From contig OZ260666.1 in the NCBI GenBank assembly GCA_965285935.1, forward strand, positions 61,690,001 through 61,754,000: 64,000 bases of DNA, read 5' to 3'. Under the pieces are notes generated by a model. The model was not told the DNA's origin, did no database searches, and was given only the letters and a program-made list of their open reading frames with translations. This document shows positions 55,301 to 64,000 of this stretch, in pieces. A program made the position numbers and the translations under genes. This DNA comes from Ophelia neglecta. Its lineage: Eukaryota. Each line of letters begins with the position of its first letter. Position 1 is the stretch's first letter.

Positions 55301-58300
55301 ACCAGCACACATTTCAGCATTTTCTACTTATCTATATGTTTCATAATAATACTGCACTCCCCATGTTAAATCTACTGACAGAGGTTGCACTGTGCCCCGA
55401 AATCGACAGTCCATCCAGGGCCAGTAGAATTTAGATACTGCTTACCCAGCAAGGAGCAGAGAACACATCACATTCCATTGCTCAGTGCACACACAGACAC
55501 AAATCATTGGACGTAATTTACAATAAGACATGTATTTACTTGGTCAAATGTACACTGTTACTTCCTCAGAATGGGTTATTATAACGTGGAGGGTCTGAGT
55601 CCCAGCAAGGACTACCAGTTCCGTGTGACAGCTGAGAACTTGTATGGCAAGGGAGAGCCTTGCGAGCCAACCGACATGATCAAGACAGAGGACAGTGCTG
55701 AAGGCAGGCGTAAGAAGGGACTTGGACTGGAAGGTATGTACCTTACAACAACTCCTACCGGGCCAAAGGCAGCAGAAACACCCACACTCAACATTGTATT
55801 ACAGAAAATCATCAGATACATTTCAATTTATTTATCTATTTCAGATGAGACAGGGAGAAGAAAAAGAGGAAAATATGATGGTCCAAAACCAGCTGATTAT
55901 GATAGATTATGTAAGTGAATTAGCCTGCAAAATTATACCTGTTCTTATCTCTATGTACATAGAAGAATATATACTGTCTATGTCTGTTCATATGGTTACC
56001 CATCTCTTCACTCAGCATAAACTATCATTTTTGCAGACACCAATCTTTGGGATACAAAGTATAAACCTACTCCAGTAGAGATCAAATCTGGAAATGTTCA
56101 TGATTATTATGACATCTATGAGGAGCTGGGAACGTAAGTAGTATAGTTTTATAGATTATGAATGTCATTCGAAAATAGTTTCCCTGCTTGATACTTTTCT
56201 CAAGTGGCAACAATTTAAAACTGTATTTTCTGTATTTTTCTAGCGGAGCCTTTGGTGCAGTTCACAGGGCTGTGGAGAAAGCAACAGGACATACATTTGT
56301 GGCCAAATTTGTCAACACCCCGACGCCCAATGATAAAAATATAGTAAAGAATGAAATTGGAGTGATGAATCAACTTCATCATAACAAACTACTACAACTC
56401 TATGATGCTTTTGAAGATAAACATGAAGTTGTTCTAATCTTGGAATAGTAAGTATGATTGTGTATTATAATAACAGACCACACTTTTTAAGAATGTGGAA
56501 TGTATAAAGACTGTGGGTCAGTTGAGACAATGTTACGGTTGAAGTCGGTTTTCTCTTTTAGGGTATGTTGGAGACATTATGTTCTGTTTAAGACAAGTGA
56601 CCGTGTCATAATTTGTCTAAGATCAGGTTACTCTGTTTTGTCCTGTCTGTTATTGGTAACTCAGGTATCCTTTATGTCAATGGTTACTGTGATCTGTTTT
56701 GTCTGACATCAAGTAACTGTGTTATGTTCTGTCTGATATCTGGTAACTGTGGTATTTTCTGTCTGACATCTGGTTACTGTGATATGATCTGTCTGACACC
56801 AGGTTACTGTTTCAAGTCATGTCTTACATCATATTACTGTGATATGATCTGTCTGACACCAGGTTACTGGTTAAAGTTATGTCTGACATCTGGTTACTGT
56901 GTTATGTAACATCAAGTTACTCTAATTATTAGTTCAAGCAGTTCCTTTATGTCAGTCTAACATCTTGTCCAGTGGATTGACAAAACTGTTATCAAAATTG
57001 GCTTGCCTCTCATCAGTTGACAATAGCTTGGATGCTGCTGTATTTCAGGTAAATCCAAAAAACCACAGTCTGATAAGTGCACTGTTGGCATGCATTTTAG
57101 CTGACAAAAGTCCAGATGGTATTGTATTTTAGTTGTATTTGAAAAACGTGATAGATACCATGATGCACTGTGTGCCTTCCTGAACTTTGTTTGGTGGATT
57201 AAACAAAAACCATTTAACAGAACATAACAAATTTTGCTTGCACCTGAAGGAGGAAAGTAGCTCAGATGTATTTTACATTAATCTATAAGAACAAGATGGC
57301 TGTCATGGCCCAATTTGTGTTAAGTTCAGATTCACATGAAAAGAATGTTGTCCACCTTATAGCAGCTAGGTGTCAAGGCTGATTGGCCGCCCTGGTCAAC
57401 TTTTAATTTTGTTCTGTTTGACATCTCTACTGGGATATGTTCCGTATGTCACCTGCTTTCTGTGTTCTGACATTGGGTTACCAAATGTACAGATTGCTGC
57501 ATACCATTGTTCTGTGTTTATGTTCATTCTGATGTCAGTTTTCTGTGTTGTGGTGTGGTGGAGCCCAGGCTAGGGTCTTATGGTCTGTCTGACGTCACCT
57601 CAGTTTATATATGTTCAGGTTGATAACCTAGTATGTTTGTTTGACAGTACTTAACTGTTTGTATCTACTATCTACATGTATTTTATCTTTTATGTCTGTT
57701 AACTGTGTTTATGTTGTTTGACAGTTTGTCCGGCGGAGAGCTGTTTGACCGCGTGGCTGATGAAGATTATAAGATGACAGAGTCGGAGGTTATTAACTAT
57801 GTCAGACAAGTCTGTGATGGTTTACAACACATGCATGAAAATAACATTGTTCATCTGGATATCAAGGTACACCAGCTTTCACACTTACAAATGAATAATT
57901 ATCAATAGTTAATCAGGATAGCTAACAAAATCAAATTGCACAAGGAAATGCTACTTGTTCTCTCTATTTGGGTTAATACTTACTGTTTGGGAGACCTGAT
58001 GTTAACATCATGGTGATACACCTGTGAGGCACTTTACCCAGTTTATCTGCTTACCTTTCAGCCTGAGAACATTCTGTGTCAGACCAAGAAGAGTCGTGAT
58101 GTCAAGGTCATTGATTTTGGTCTTGCCGCCAAATTGGACCCCCAGCAGATTGTCAAGGTCACCACGACGACAGCAGACTTTGCTGCGCCTGAGGTAGTAG
58201 ACCAAGAGGCTGTCGGATTCTATACCGACATGTGGGCAGTGGGTGTGCTGTCCTATGTTCTGTAAGTAAACCGCCTATTGTGAAACTCCTTTTTAATGAT

Positions 58301-61300
58301 CAGATATGTTACGATATGTTACATATAATAATTACGGATAACATGTCACTTTAACAAGACACATTTGGTCGATGAAATAAATATTTTATCAACAGATATT
58401 TTCAACCTTAATAAAACAAGGCCATTTGGAAAATATGTGAAAAGTAGTATAGATTAGTTTTAATATATATGAGGTGTACATGTGTCTTTGACTCTTATAG
58501 GTTGAGTGGTCTCTCACCCTTCGCTGGTGAAGATGACATGGACACATTAGCTAATGTGAGGAAATGTGACTGGGACTTTGACTCTGACGGTTTCAAAGGA
58601 ATCTCAGATCTAGGAAAAGATTTCATCAGGAAACTCCTTGTCAAAAACCCTCAGTATGTCCCCTTCAGAATATATTGTGGTGTCTAGTAATGTACTATAC
58701 CTTATTTGATCATGATTAGTTAATGCTGCCCAATGGCTTCTGATGGTTTAATGTTTTGCGTGACAGGAGGAGAATGACTTCTGACGAGGCCATCTCACAT
58801 GCCTGGCTGTCTGGTGACCAGGAGTACACCTACAGAATACCCTCTAGCAGATACAACAAAATCAGAGAAAGAATCAAGCAGAAATATGTAAGTACACACA
58901 CACACAAACATTGTCAATCTATGCCAGTAAGAAGTTCTATGTGGAGAAGTAAAATAATAATGCTTTCTGTTTTAAGGCTGATTGGCCAATGCCCATGCCA
59001 GCTATTGGAAGGATTGCCAACTTTAGTTCTCTCAGGAAGACACGTCCAAAGGAACATCAAATATATGACACCTATTTTGGTAAGGCCTTATTTGTTTTCA
59101 GCTTAACAACCGAAGCCACAGATAAATCTTAAAACATGAATTTCATTACCACAATCACAATTTCCCAATTTTAATGTACACTCTGATTACTTCAGACCGA
59201 AGAGAGGCAATGCCTCGTTTTGTCAGAAAGCCCCACAGCTGTATCGTACAAGAAGGAAATGTTGCTAACTTCAAGTGTAAAGTGCTGGCTGCCTCGCCTC
59301 CTATTATCACATGGTAAGGCTCCTGTTAACCTCCTGCTCTACAATACCAGCCTTTTGTCACTAAGTAGACTTGTTGTTTATTCTATAACGCACTAGGTAT
59401 TTATATGGGTATATTTCAGAACCACAGTATTTCACACTAGGTCTTTACAGGTCTATTTCAGAACCATTATAATTCCCACAGGGTATTTATGGGTATATTT
59501 TAGAGCCATTCTTTATCACATTAGGTATTTATGGTTATATTTCAGAACCATTCCATTTCACACTTGGAATTTATGATTATATATCTGAACCATTCCATTG
59601 CACACTAGGTATTGATGGGTATACTTCAGAACCTGAGGGGTTAAAGTAGAATTTTGACTTGTGTTATTAGCAAATGACAGGCATTAGTTGTTTTTTCTTG
59701 CAGGTATTTCAGTAACACTGCCATCTCTCCCAGTCTTAAATACATGCCTAAATATTCTGGCAATAACTATGAGCTGAGGATAGGCAGGTGTAAAATGGAG
59801 GACAAGGGGGAATACATTGTCAAGGCCGAGAACTCTTATGGAGCCAGAGAAGAGTCTGCTCTGCTCAACGTGGAACGTAAGTGACATCCTTGTTGAACAT
59901 GTAAAACTCAACGTGAAATTCTTAACAACAAAAGTACACCTTAGAAGTAGAATAATTTCATTTGACATTAAAATATTTACTAGTTGACTAAATGAGATGT
60001 TTTCTACAAACAGCGGCACCACAGATGCCAGTAAGACGTTCCACAAGCATGGAGCCTACACAAAGAAGGAGGTAGGTACAACTTAGGTCAAACACTATAA
60101 TAAACTCTACAGTAACAGTGACATGTAAGCAGTGTGGTATGAGAATATTAAATTTTCAACTCTGATGTTTTCACATGTTTCATTCTGGGAGTTTTGCTAG
60201 TATCATGTTATAAACAAGCAGGTAATAATGAATAAAGATTGTTAAAGATTGTTAATTCCAACCTGTTATTAAATTGGTCCAGACTTAAGTAGTCCTTGCA
60301 GTGATTTGACTTGGTGCTTATACATTTTGTATTTTGCAGGAGACTTCTGGAAGAGGTTGAAGGCTACAAGGAGGAACCTGACTGTAAACCAAGCTTCTCC
60401 TTCCCACTGCGTGACAGATTCTTACAGGAAGGAGTTGGCTTCAAACTTATCTGCTCAAACAAGGCCAAGCCACAACCAAGGGTATGGCTTATCTCCCATG
60501 CTTTCTCAGTTTTCTGCAATTTTCATAAGATAACAATGTAGTCCGGGGATTTAGAACAGCTGTCAAATGTTTGAAATGTTCACAACATTGCAATTATGTA
60601 GAGATGGCTTCTATTTTATCTGCAATAAGGCATCAGGCTATTTTAAAACCCGTGGCAAAGATGGTGACCTTGATATCAAACACAAAATAGGGAGTGTGCA
60701 CTTATGATATGGGAGCAATAGATTGATTTATCTAGAATTGTTGATTGAAAAGGTTTGGTTATGATATCAAAAGTTACCATAGTAGTTTACTTAATTATAA
60801 AGAGCCATATTAATTTAGCTCAATATAAAGTAAAAAGATTGTCTTCTTATAGGTGAGCTGGCTGAAGGACGGCCATGAGCTTCGCCACGGAGGAAAATAC
60901 GAGATTATCTTCTCACTGGGCATCTGCTCGCTGGAGACCTCAGCGTGTGATTTGGAGGATGCTGGAAGATACACCTGCCGTGCTGAGAACGAAAAGGGAG
61001 AGGATGAGACGACATGTAGAGTCACCGTCAATGGTATGCACAGTGTAAACATCGTCATCAGTGGTAGGCTAGGGTAGTGTAAACATCAATATCAGTGGTA
61101 GGCTAGGGTAGTGTAAACATCAACATCACTGGTAGGCTAGGGTAGTGTAAACAGTCAACATCAGTGGTAGGCTAGGGTAGTGTAAACAGTCAACATCACT
61201 GGTAGGCTAGGGTAGTGTAAACAGTCAATATCACTGGTAGGCTAGGGTAGTGTAAACATCAACATCAGTGGTAGGCTAGGGTAGTGTAAACAGTCAACAT

Positions 61301-62136
61301 CACTGGTAGGCTAGGGCAGTGTAAACAGTCAATATCACTGGTAGGCTAGGGTAGTGTAAACATCAACGTCAGTTGTAGGCTAGGGCAGTGTAAACATCAA
61401 CATCAGTGGTTGGCTAGGGAAGTGTAAACATCAACATCAATTGTAGGCTAGAATTTGTAAACAAACACTGTCAATGGTAGGCTAGCATAGAGTAAAAAAT
61501 TGGATATCAATGGTAGGCTAGCATAGTGTAAACAATTGGATGTCAATGGTAGGCTAGCATAGTGTAAACAATTGGATGTCAATGGTAGGCTAGCAAAGTG
61601 TAAACAATATTATAGTAAATGGTATGCTAGCATAATGCAAACAATCAACATCAATGGTAGGCTAGCATTGTATAAACAATGGTAGACTATAGCACAGTGC
61701 AAATAATGGTAGGTTAACATAGTGTAAACAATTACTGTTAATGATATTAAAGCCACGTGTACACTGATAGTTCGAAACTAATCTTTATCCCCAAGTCCAT
61801 TTACATTTATTCTTTTATTCAAAATAACAGTTTGATATTCTACTTAGTGATATATACTTCATATATATTTTTCAATTTTACTACACACATTGCATTAATT
61901 TGAAGTGAGTTTATATAAATTATTGTCCAGAAGATTAATGTAAATTGGGATTATATTGTTGACATTGTCTATTTTTTTGTGTAGAAAAAGTGGTGATAAA
62001 GCCAGCAGGACTATCATCATCGTCATACTCGTTCTCCTCCTCGTCCTACTCCTCTGGTGGCCGCTCCTACCGACGAACAGAACAGTCATCATCATTTACA
62101 AGCAGTAGTTCAAGTAGATACAGAGAAAGTAAGTAA
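1281..62136 (+). CDS. unc-22: Twitchin (UNC-22/projectin-family giant Ig/FN3 muscle kinase), multi-exon gene, ~92 coding exons, ~5700 aa
   Basis: Manually chained GT-AG exons keep one reading frame (sum 17103 nt including stop). They encode Ig and FN3 repeats (W.PP.DDGG.PI.GY.VEK, YEFRV.AVN..G), an MLCK-like kinase, D1/D2-like RRxS linkers and DFRxxL. The 5' end is uncertain and the gene may continue upstream of the window. Confidence 0.93.
2811..3533 (+). CDS. unc-22: Twitchin N-terminal exons: RRGS linker, Ig domain, DFRALL motif
   Basis: Exons 2811-2930 (SLAPDQPIVRRGSRVPDDEEDDESAVYFKVKPKNQVVVEG), 3065-3359 (Ig ...DSGLDFRALLRH) and 3475-3533 (DKRKRKGKNEGPDWGDLQH); splice phases are compatible. 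Confidence 0.85.
5228..5328 (+). CDS. unc-22: Twitchin linker exon with PKA site (EKEKPEYERRRRMSSIDLSRGAFGKGGPGALDR)
   Basis: tttacag acceptor, AGG|GTAAGA donor, phase 1 to 0, in frame with its neighbours. Confidence 0.8.
6037..6210 (+). CDS. unc-22: D1-like cassette exon a (RRMSQGSLKRRLSLADCIPDFP)
   Basis: 174 nt, phase 0/0, ccacag acceptor, GAG|GTGATG donor; RRxSL.D.IPD[FW]P motif. Confidence 0.75.
11454..11532. repeat. 30-bp tandem repeat x~2.6
   Basis: TGGGAATGACATCACTGTT recurs at 30-bp spacing. Confidence 0.85.
11879..12064 (+). CDS. unc-22: D1-like cassette exon b (RRNSLQMRRTSLADIVPDWPMLQKR)
   Basis: 186 nt, phase 0/0, cttacag acceptor with TACTAAC at 11819, AAG|GTACAC donor. Resembles the molluscan twitchin D1 peptide (RRPSLVDVIPDWP type, recalled). 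Confidence 0.85.
13928..14190. repeat. CT/TCTA-rich low-complexity tract
   Basis: Degenerate (TC)n/(TCTA)n. Confidence 0.7.
15000..21445 (+). CDS. unc-22: Five tandem Ig domains
   Basis: Exons 15000-15267, 16758-16897, 17016-17154, 17265-17386, 18565-18712, 19021-19165, 20672-20799, 21064-21156, 21248-21445; I-set signatures (W.K, D.G.Y.C). Confidence 0.9.
17420..18452 (-). mobile_element. Degenerate HINE/Helentron-associated-type non-autonomous element
   Basis: Subterminal inverted ATGT(T)CTCCC / GGGAGACAT, short terminal hairpin, internal TTGACCTT repeats, CTAGTT end. Pattern-based call only. Confidence 0.45.
21900..31188 (+). CDS. unc-22: Fn2-Ig-Fn2-Ig-Fn segment
   Basis: Exons 21900-22202, 22317-22465, 24316-24469, 24650-24777, 26987-27143, 27399-27504, 27632-27834, 27944-28116, 29396-29525, 29700-29854, 30060-30195, 30889-31188. 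Confidence 0.9.
31314..37178 (+). CDS. unc-22: Super-repeat copy A (Fn2-Ig-Fn2-Ig-Fn3-Ig), 13 exons, 2988 nt
   Basis: Exons 31314-31418, 31726-31929, 32129-33013, 33124-33274, 33766-33917, 34099-34217, 34325-34502, 35080-35382, 35539-35844, 35946-36050, 36173-36367, 36787-36898, 37006-37178. Confidence 0.92.
31455..31634. mobile_element. ~180-bp MITE (Tc1/pogo-Tigger-like)
   Basis: TA|CAGTGAAACATG ... CAGATTTGACTG|TA imperfect TIRs with TA flanks; internal AGGTGGTC repeats. Confidence 0.6.
37308..43029 (+). CDS. unc-22: Super-repeat copy B, 14 exons, 2988 nt
   Basis: Exons 37308-37412, 37522-37725, 37822-38273, 38642-39074, 39205-39355, 39446-39597, 39735-39853, 39963-40140, 40260-40562, 40813-41118, 41249-41353, 41472-41666, 41782-41893, 42857-43029. 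Confidence 0.92.
42132..42801 (-). mobile_element. 670-bp non-autonomous TIR DNA transposon carrying a THAP-like ORF
   Basis: 46-bp TIRs (42132-42177 and 42756-42801, 2 mismatches), TGA direct repeat on both flanks (42129-42131, 42802-42804), CpG-rich inside an AT-rich intron. Confidence 0.88.
42273..42602 (-). pseudogene. THAP zinc-finger-like ORF (109 aa), probably a degenerate transposon-derived fragment
   Basis: M..C-x4-C...WP...W...R...LCSRYF...PKYF follows THAP spacing, but the fourth Zn ligand His is Tyr (TAC, 42369-42371 on the minus strand). Confidence 0.7.
44136..49949 (+). CDS. unc-22: Super-repeat copy C, 14 exons, 2982 nt
   Basis: Exons 44136-44240, 44352-44555, 44652-45103, 45188-45620, 47040-47190, 47352-47503, 47614-47732, 47833-48010, 48151-48450, 48558-48746, 48890-49003, 49113-49412, 49530-49641, 49777-49949. 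Confidence 0.92.
46228..46856 (+). mobile_element. Degenerate HINE/Helentron-associated-type element
   Basis: AACAAG start, TTGACC motifs, GGACGGAC-type microsatellite, CCCC...GGGG terminal hairpin followed by an A-tract. Pattern-based call only. Confidence 0.4.
50063..55910 (+). CDS. unc-22: Ig-Fn2-Ig2-Fn plus N-terminal kinase linker
   Basis: Exons 50063-50254, 51173-51262, 51407-51579, 51766-51895, 52748-53162, 53663-53835, 54052-54339, 54691-54856, 55570-55733, 55845-55910. Confidence 0.9.
50311..51023. repeat. 32-bp intronic minisatellite (TGGTGACATTCATTAGATAACACCAACCTCTC), ~22 copies
   Basis: Visible periodicity, degenerate toward the ends. Confidence 0.92.
56037..59079 (+). CDS. unc-22: Twitchin Ser/Thr kinase domain and C-terminal regulatory tail
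   Basis: Exons 56037-56133, 56244-56447, 57725-57866, 58062-58261, 58501-58653, 58767-58887, 58977-59079. Motifs ELGTGAFGAVH, VAKFV, HLDIKPEN, DFG, APE, DMWAVGV, and tail IPSSRYNKIR...PAIGRIANFSSLRK. Confidence 0.96.
56570..56920. repeat. 30-bp intronic minisatellite (TGTCTGACATCTGGTTACTGTGATATGATC)
   Basis: Visible periodicity within a kinase intron. Confidence 0.88.
59196..62136 (+). CDS. unc-22: C-terminal Ig - D2-like linker (RRSTSMEP) - Ig - Ser-rich tail
   Basis: Exons 59196-59313, 59704-59876, 60014-60071, 60340-60481, 60853-61033, 61985-62136 (ends SSSSSRYRESK*). Confidence 0.85.
59391..59632. repeat. ~42-bp degenerate tandem repeat x6
   Basis: CACTAGGTATTTATGGGTATATTTCAGAACC recurs. 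Confidence 0.8.
61043..61735. repeat. 34-35-bp minisatellite (GTGTAAACATCAACATCAGTGGTAGGCTAGGGTA), ~20 copies
   Basis: Visible periodicity; starts ~10 nt after the splice donor at 61034. Confidence 0.93.
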
Positions 62137-63270
62137 CCCCAAAAACAGACGCTCAATATCAAGTTATCATATGCTATTGACAAGCAGCCACATGAAAAAG
62201 TTGGTCGTAAGAAACCACAACGAAAGTTAATGTTAAAAGTTGACACACAGCATACCACAAAGCATACAATACAACTAGTACATAGTTGAATAACTCCGTA
62301 CCAAAGAGAAAGCAAGAAGAAGCATATTACAGAAACAACCTAAATAGCATTTTATCACAGAACGAAAAATTCTTGCTGTAGAAATTTCTTAATAGTTCTT
62401 GTTTGTAGTGTTATTTTCTCATGATGTCAATAGTAAATGTTCGTCTTATAATTTCAGTGAAAATGCCAAAAAAAGTCATGCATTACCAATTTTCTTTGTT
62501 GAGAATAGAAAATGTTTTGTCATATAACTGTCTCGCAATTTTACAAAAAAAGTATTCACAAACCTGTATTAAATCGCTCACTTTATTATTTCATGAAATA
62601 ATTATTTAAAGCTTAAAAAAATTACATTGCCCACCAACATTTTTTGAGACAGCACATAGCAGAAAAAGCAGCTTTTTTATTTAAAACAAAAAGACAAGTG
62701 AAGCAATAAATTTTGTGCCAAGTTAGCTGCATATTTCAGCACAAAACTACTCAATATTTTCTTGGAAGGAAAAAAGCCAAATAAGAACATGTATCCATTT
62801 AATTTTCTTATATGACAAAGAACGTTTTAGAAAAATTAGAAAAAGCAGAAATTTAATGAAAAACATCTTCAACTAGAAATCAAATTTCTGTGTCTAAACA
62901 TTACTATAAATAAGAAGCCACTTAGCACACACACACACACACATACACACAGCAAACACACCTAATAAACTGTCACTAAGAAGCTAGACACAATTTTCAA
63001 TAGAAAAAAATGTACATAATTTTTATATTAGAAACATCATTTCAAGGTTCCTTTGAACGTTAATCAAGTTTTCAAGTTGTATTTCTATTGTGGACATATA
63101 CAAGTCTCTCTTTATATTTCAGTTGTATGACCATTGTAAAAAGAAGGCCCATTTTCACTCATTTCATGACCAGAACTCAAGAAGGAGTGTAATCCTCATT
63201 TCATCGCCCCACTGGCGGTAGCTGCCAGCCGCCTAGTGTCATGCGCCTAGCATTCTCTCAGTGACTGTAC

Positions 63271-63276
63271 AATAAA
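63271..63276 (+). promoter_or_regulatory. Candidate polyadenylation signal (others near 62705 and 62964)
   Basis: AATAAA preceded by TGTA and followed by a GT/T-rich tract, downstream of the twitchin stop. Confidence 0.45.
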
Positions 63277-63295
63277 GTGACATGATATGTGTTCA

Positions 63296-63465
63296 TTTGT
63301 CTGGGGTCAGCAGCCAGCTGTAGCTGTACCCTCGTGTTAATCAGGGGTCAGCGGTCGGCTGTGGCTGACCCCTCATGTGTTTGTCTGAGGTGAGGCAGCC
63401 GGCTGTAGCTGACTCATGTGTTTGTCACGGGTCAGCAGCCAGCTGTAGCTGACCCCTCATGTGTT
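63296..63465. repeat. ~42-bp tandem repeat x4 with internal palindrome GGGGTCAGC...GCTGACCCC
   Basis: Directly visible. Confidence 0.8.
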
Positions 63466-64000
63466 CTGGTGTGTAGATATCCCACCACTATCTGTATAAA
63501 CTGCTGCCATCTGTCTGTTATGTTATGTTATGTCTACCAAGGGCCTGGGTACCTGTCAGCCCACCACCCCACCTGACACTCAGCCCTACACAGTGATGCA
63601 TGCTCAGGGAAGGCTTTATGATGGGCCCCATAGGGGCTGGGGTTGGCTTAGGGCAACCACCTTCAAGACAAGATGCTAAATTACAATCTAAAATAAAGAC
63701 AAGATGTAAGAACAATTACCATCAGTTGTGACAAGATGCTTCATTATGTGGTTACTCTTGGCCAGCCTCGTGTGTGTGGAATAGTTTTATTGTGGGGTAA
63801 GTGTCATGTAGGGTTAGTGCACTCCTGCTGACTGGTACCAGGTGGCGCTGGCAGAAAAGGTTTGAAATGTGACATGGTGTCATGTGACCCCACAATGTCC
63901 TGTCTACGGGTGATGAGAGCAAATCAGTGTAGCTCGCCACCTATGTCCTTGTGCCGTGCACTGAGGAATTGTCAACAACCATCTGTACATATTGAAAGTA

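Noticed and set aside
56613-56909. Cys-rich 98-aa ORF
   Set aside because: Translation of the 30-bp minisatellite.
56037-58887. Titin-like pseudokinase
   Set aside because: Gly loop, VAK lysine, HLD and DFG are all canonical.

Overview
AT-rich animal genomic DNA, probably a mollusc or related lophotrochozoan (inferred from the twitchin catch-type motifs and repeat types). Almost the whole window is one + strand gene for a twitchin/UNC-22/projectin-family giant muscle kinase. I traced about 92 GT-AG coding exons from ~1281 to 62136; they join in a single frame (17103 nt, ~5700 aa if both cassette exons are included). The protein has about 22 Ig domains, 29 FN3 domains, an intact MLCK-type kinase, a DFRxxL motif, and D1- and D2-like PKA-site linkers. 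Main points: (i) a 10-domain super-repeat (Fn2-Ig-Fn2-Ig-Fn3-Ig, ~996 aa) is triplicated. The middle copy is a 5'-C-like/3'-A-like chimera, three introns are copy-specific, and near-identical patches suggest gene conversion. (ii) A 670-bp CpG-rich intronic mini-transposon has 46-bp TIRs carrying CTCF-like motifs, a TGA target-site duplication and an antisense THAP-like ORF. (iii) Two paralogous phase-0 D1 phospho-switch cassette exons. (iv) A minisatellite built from a splice-donor junction. (v) A splice donor overlapping the stop codon, giving a possible alternative C-terminus. Several intronic satellites and MITE/HINE-like relics are also present. All exon calls are manual and lack transcript support.
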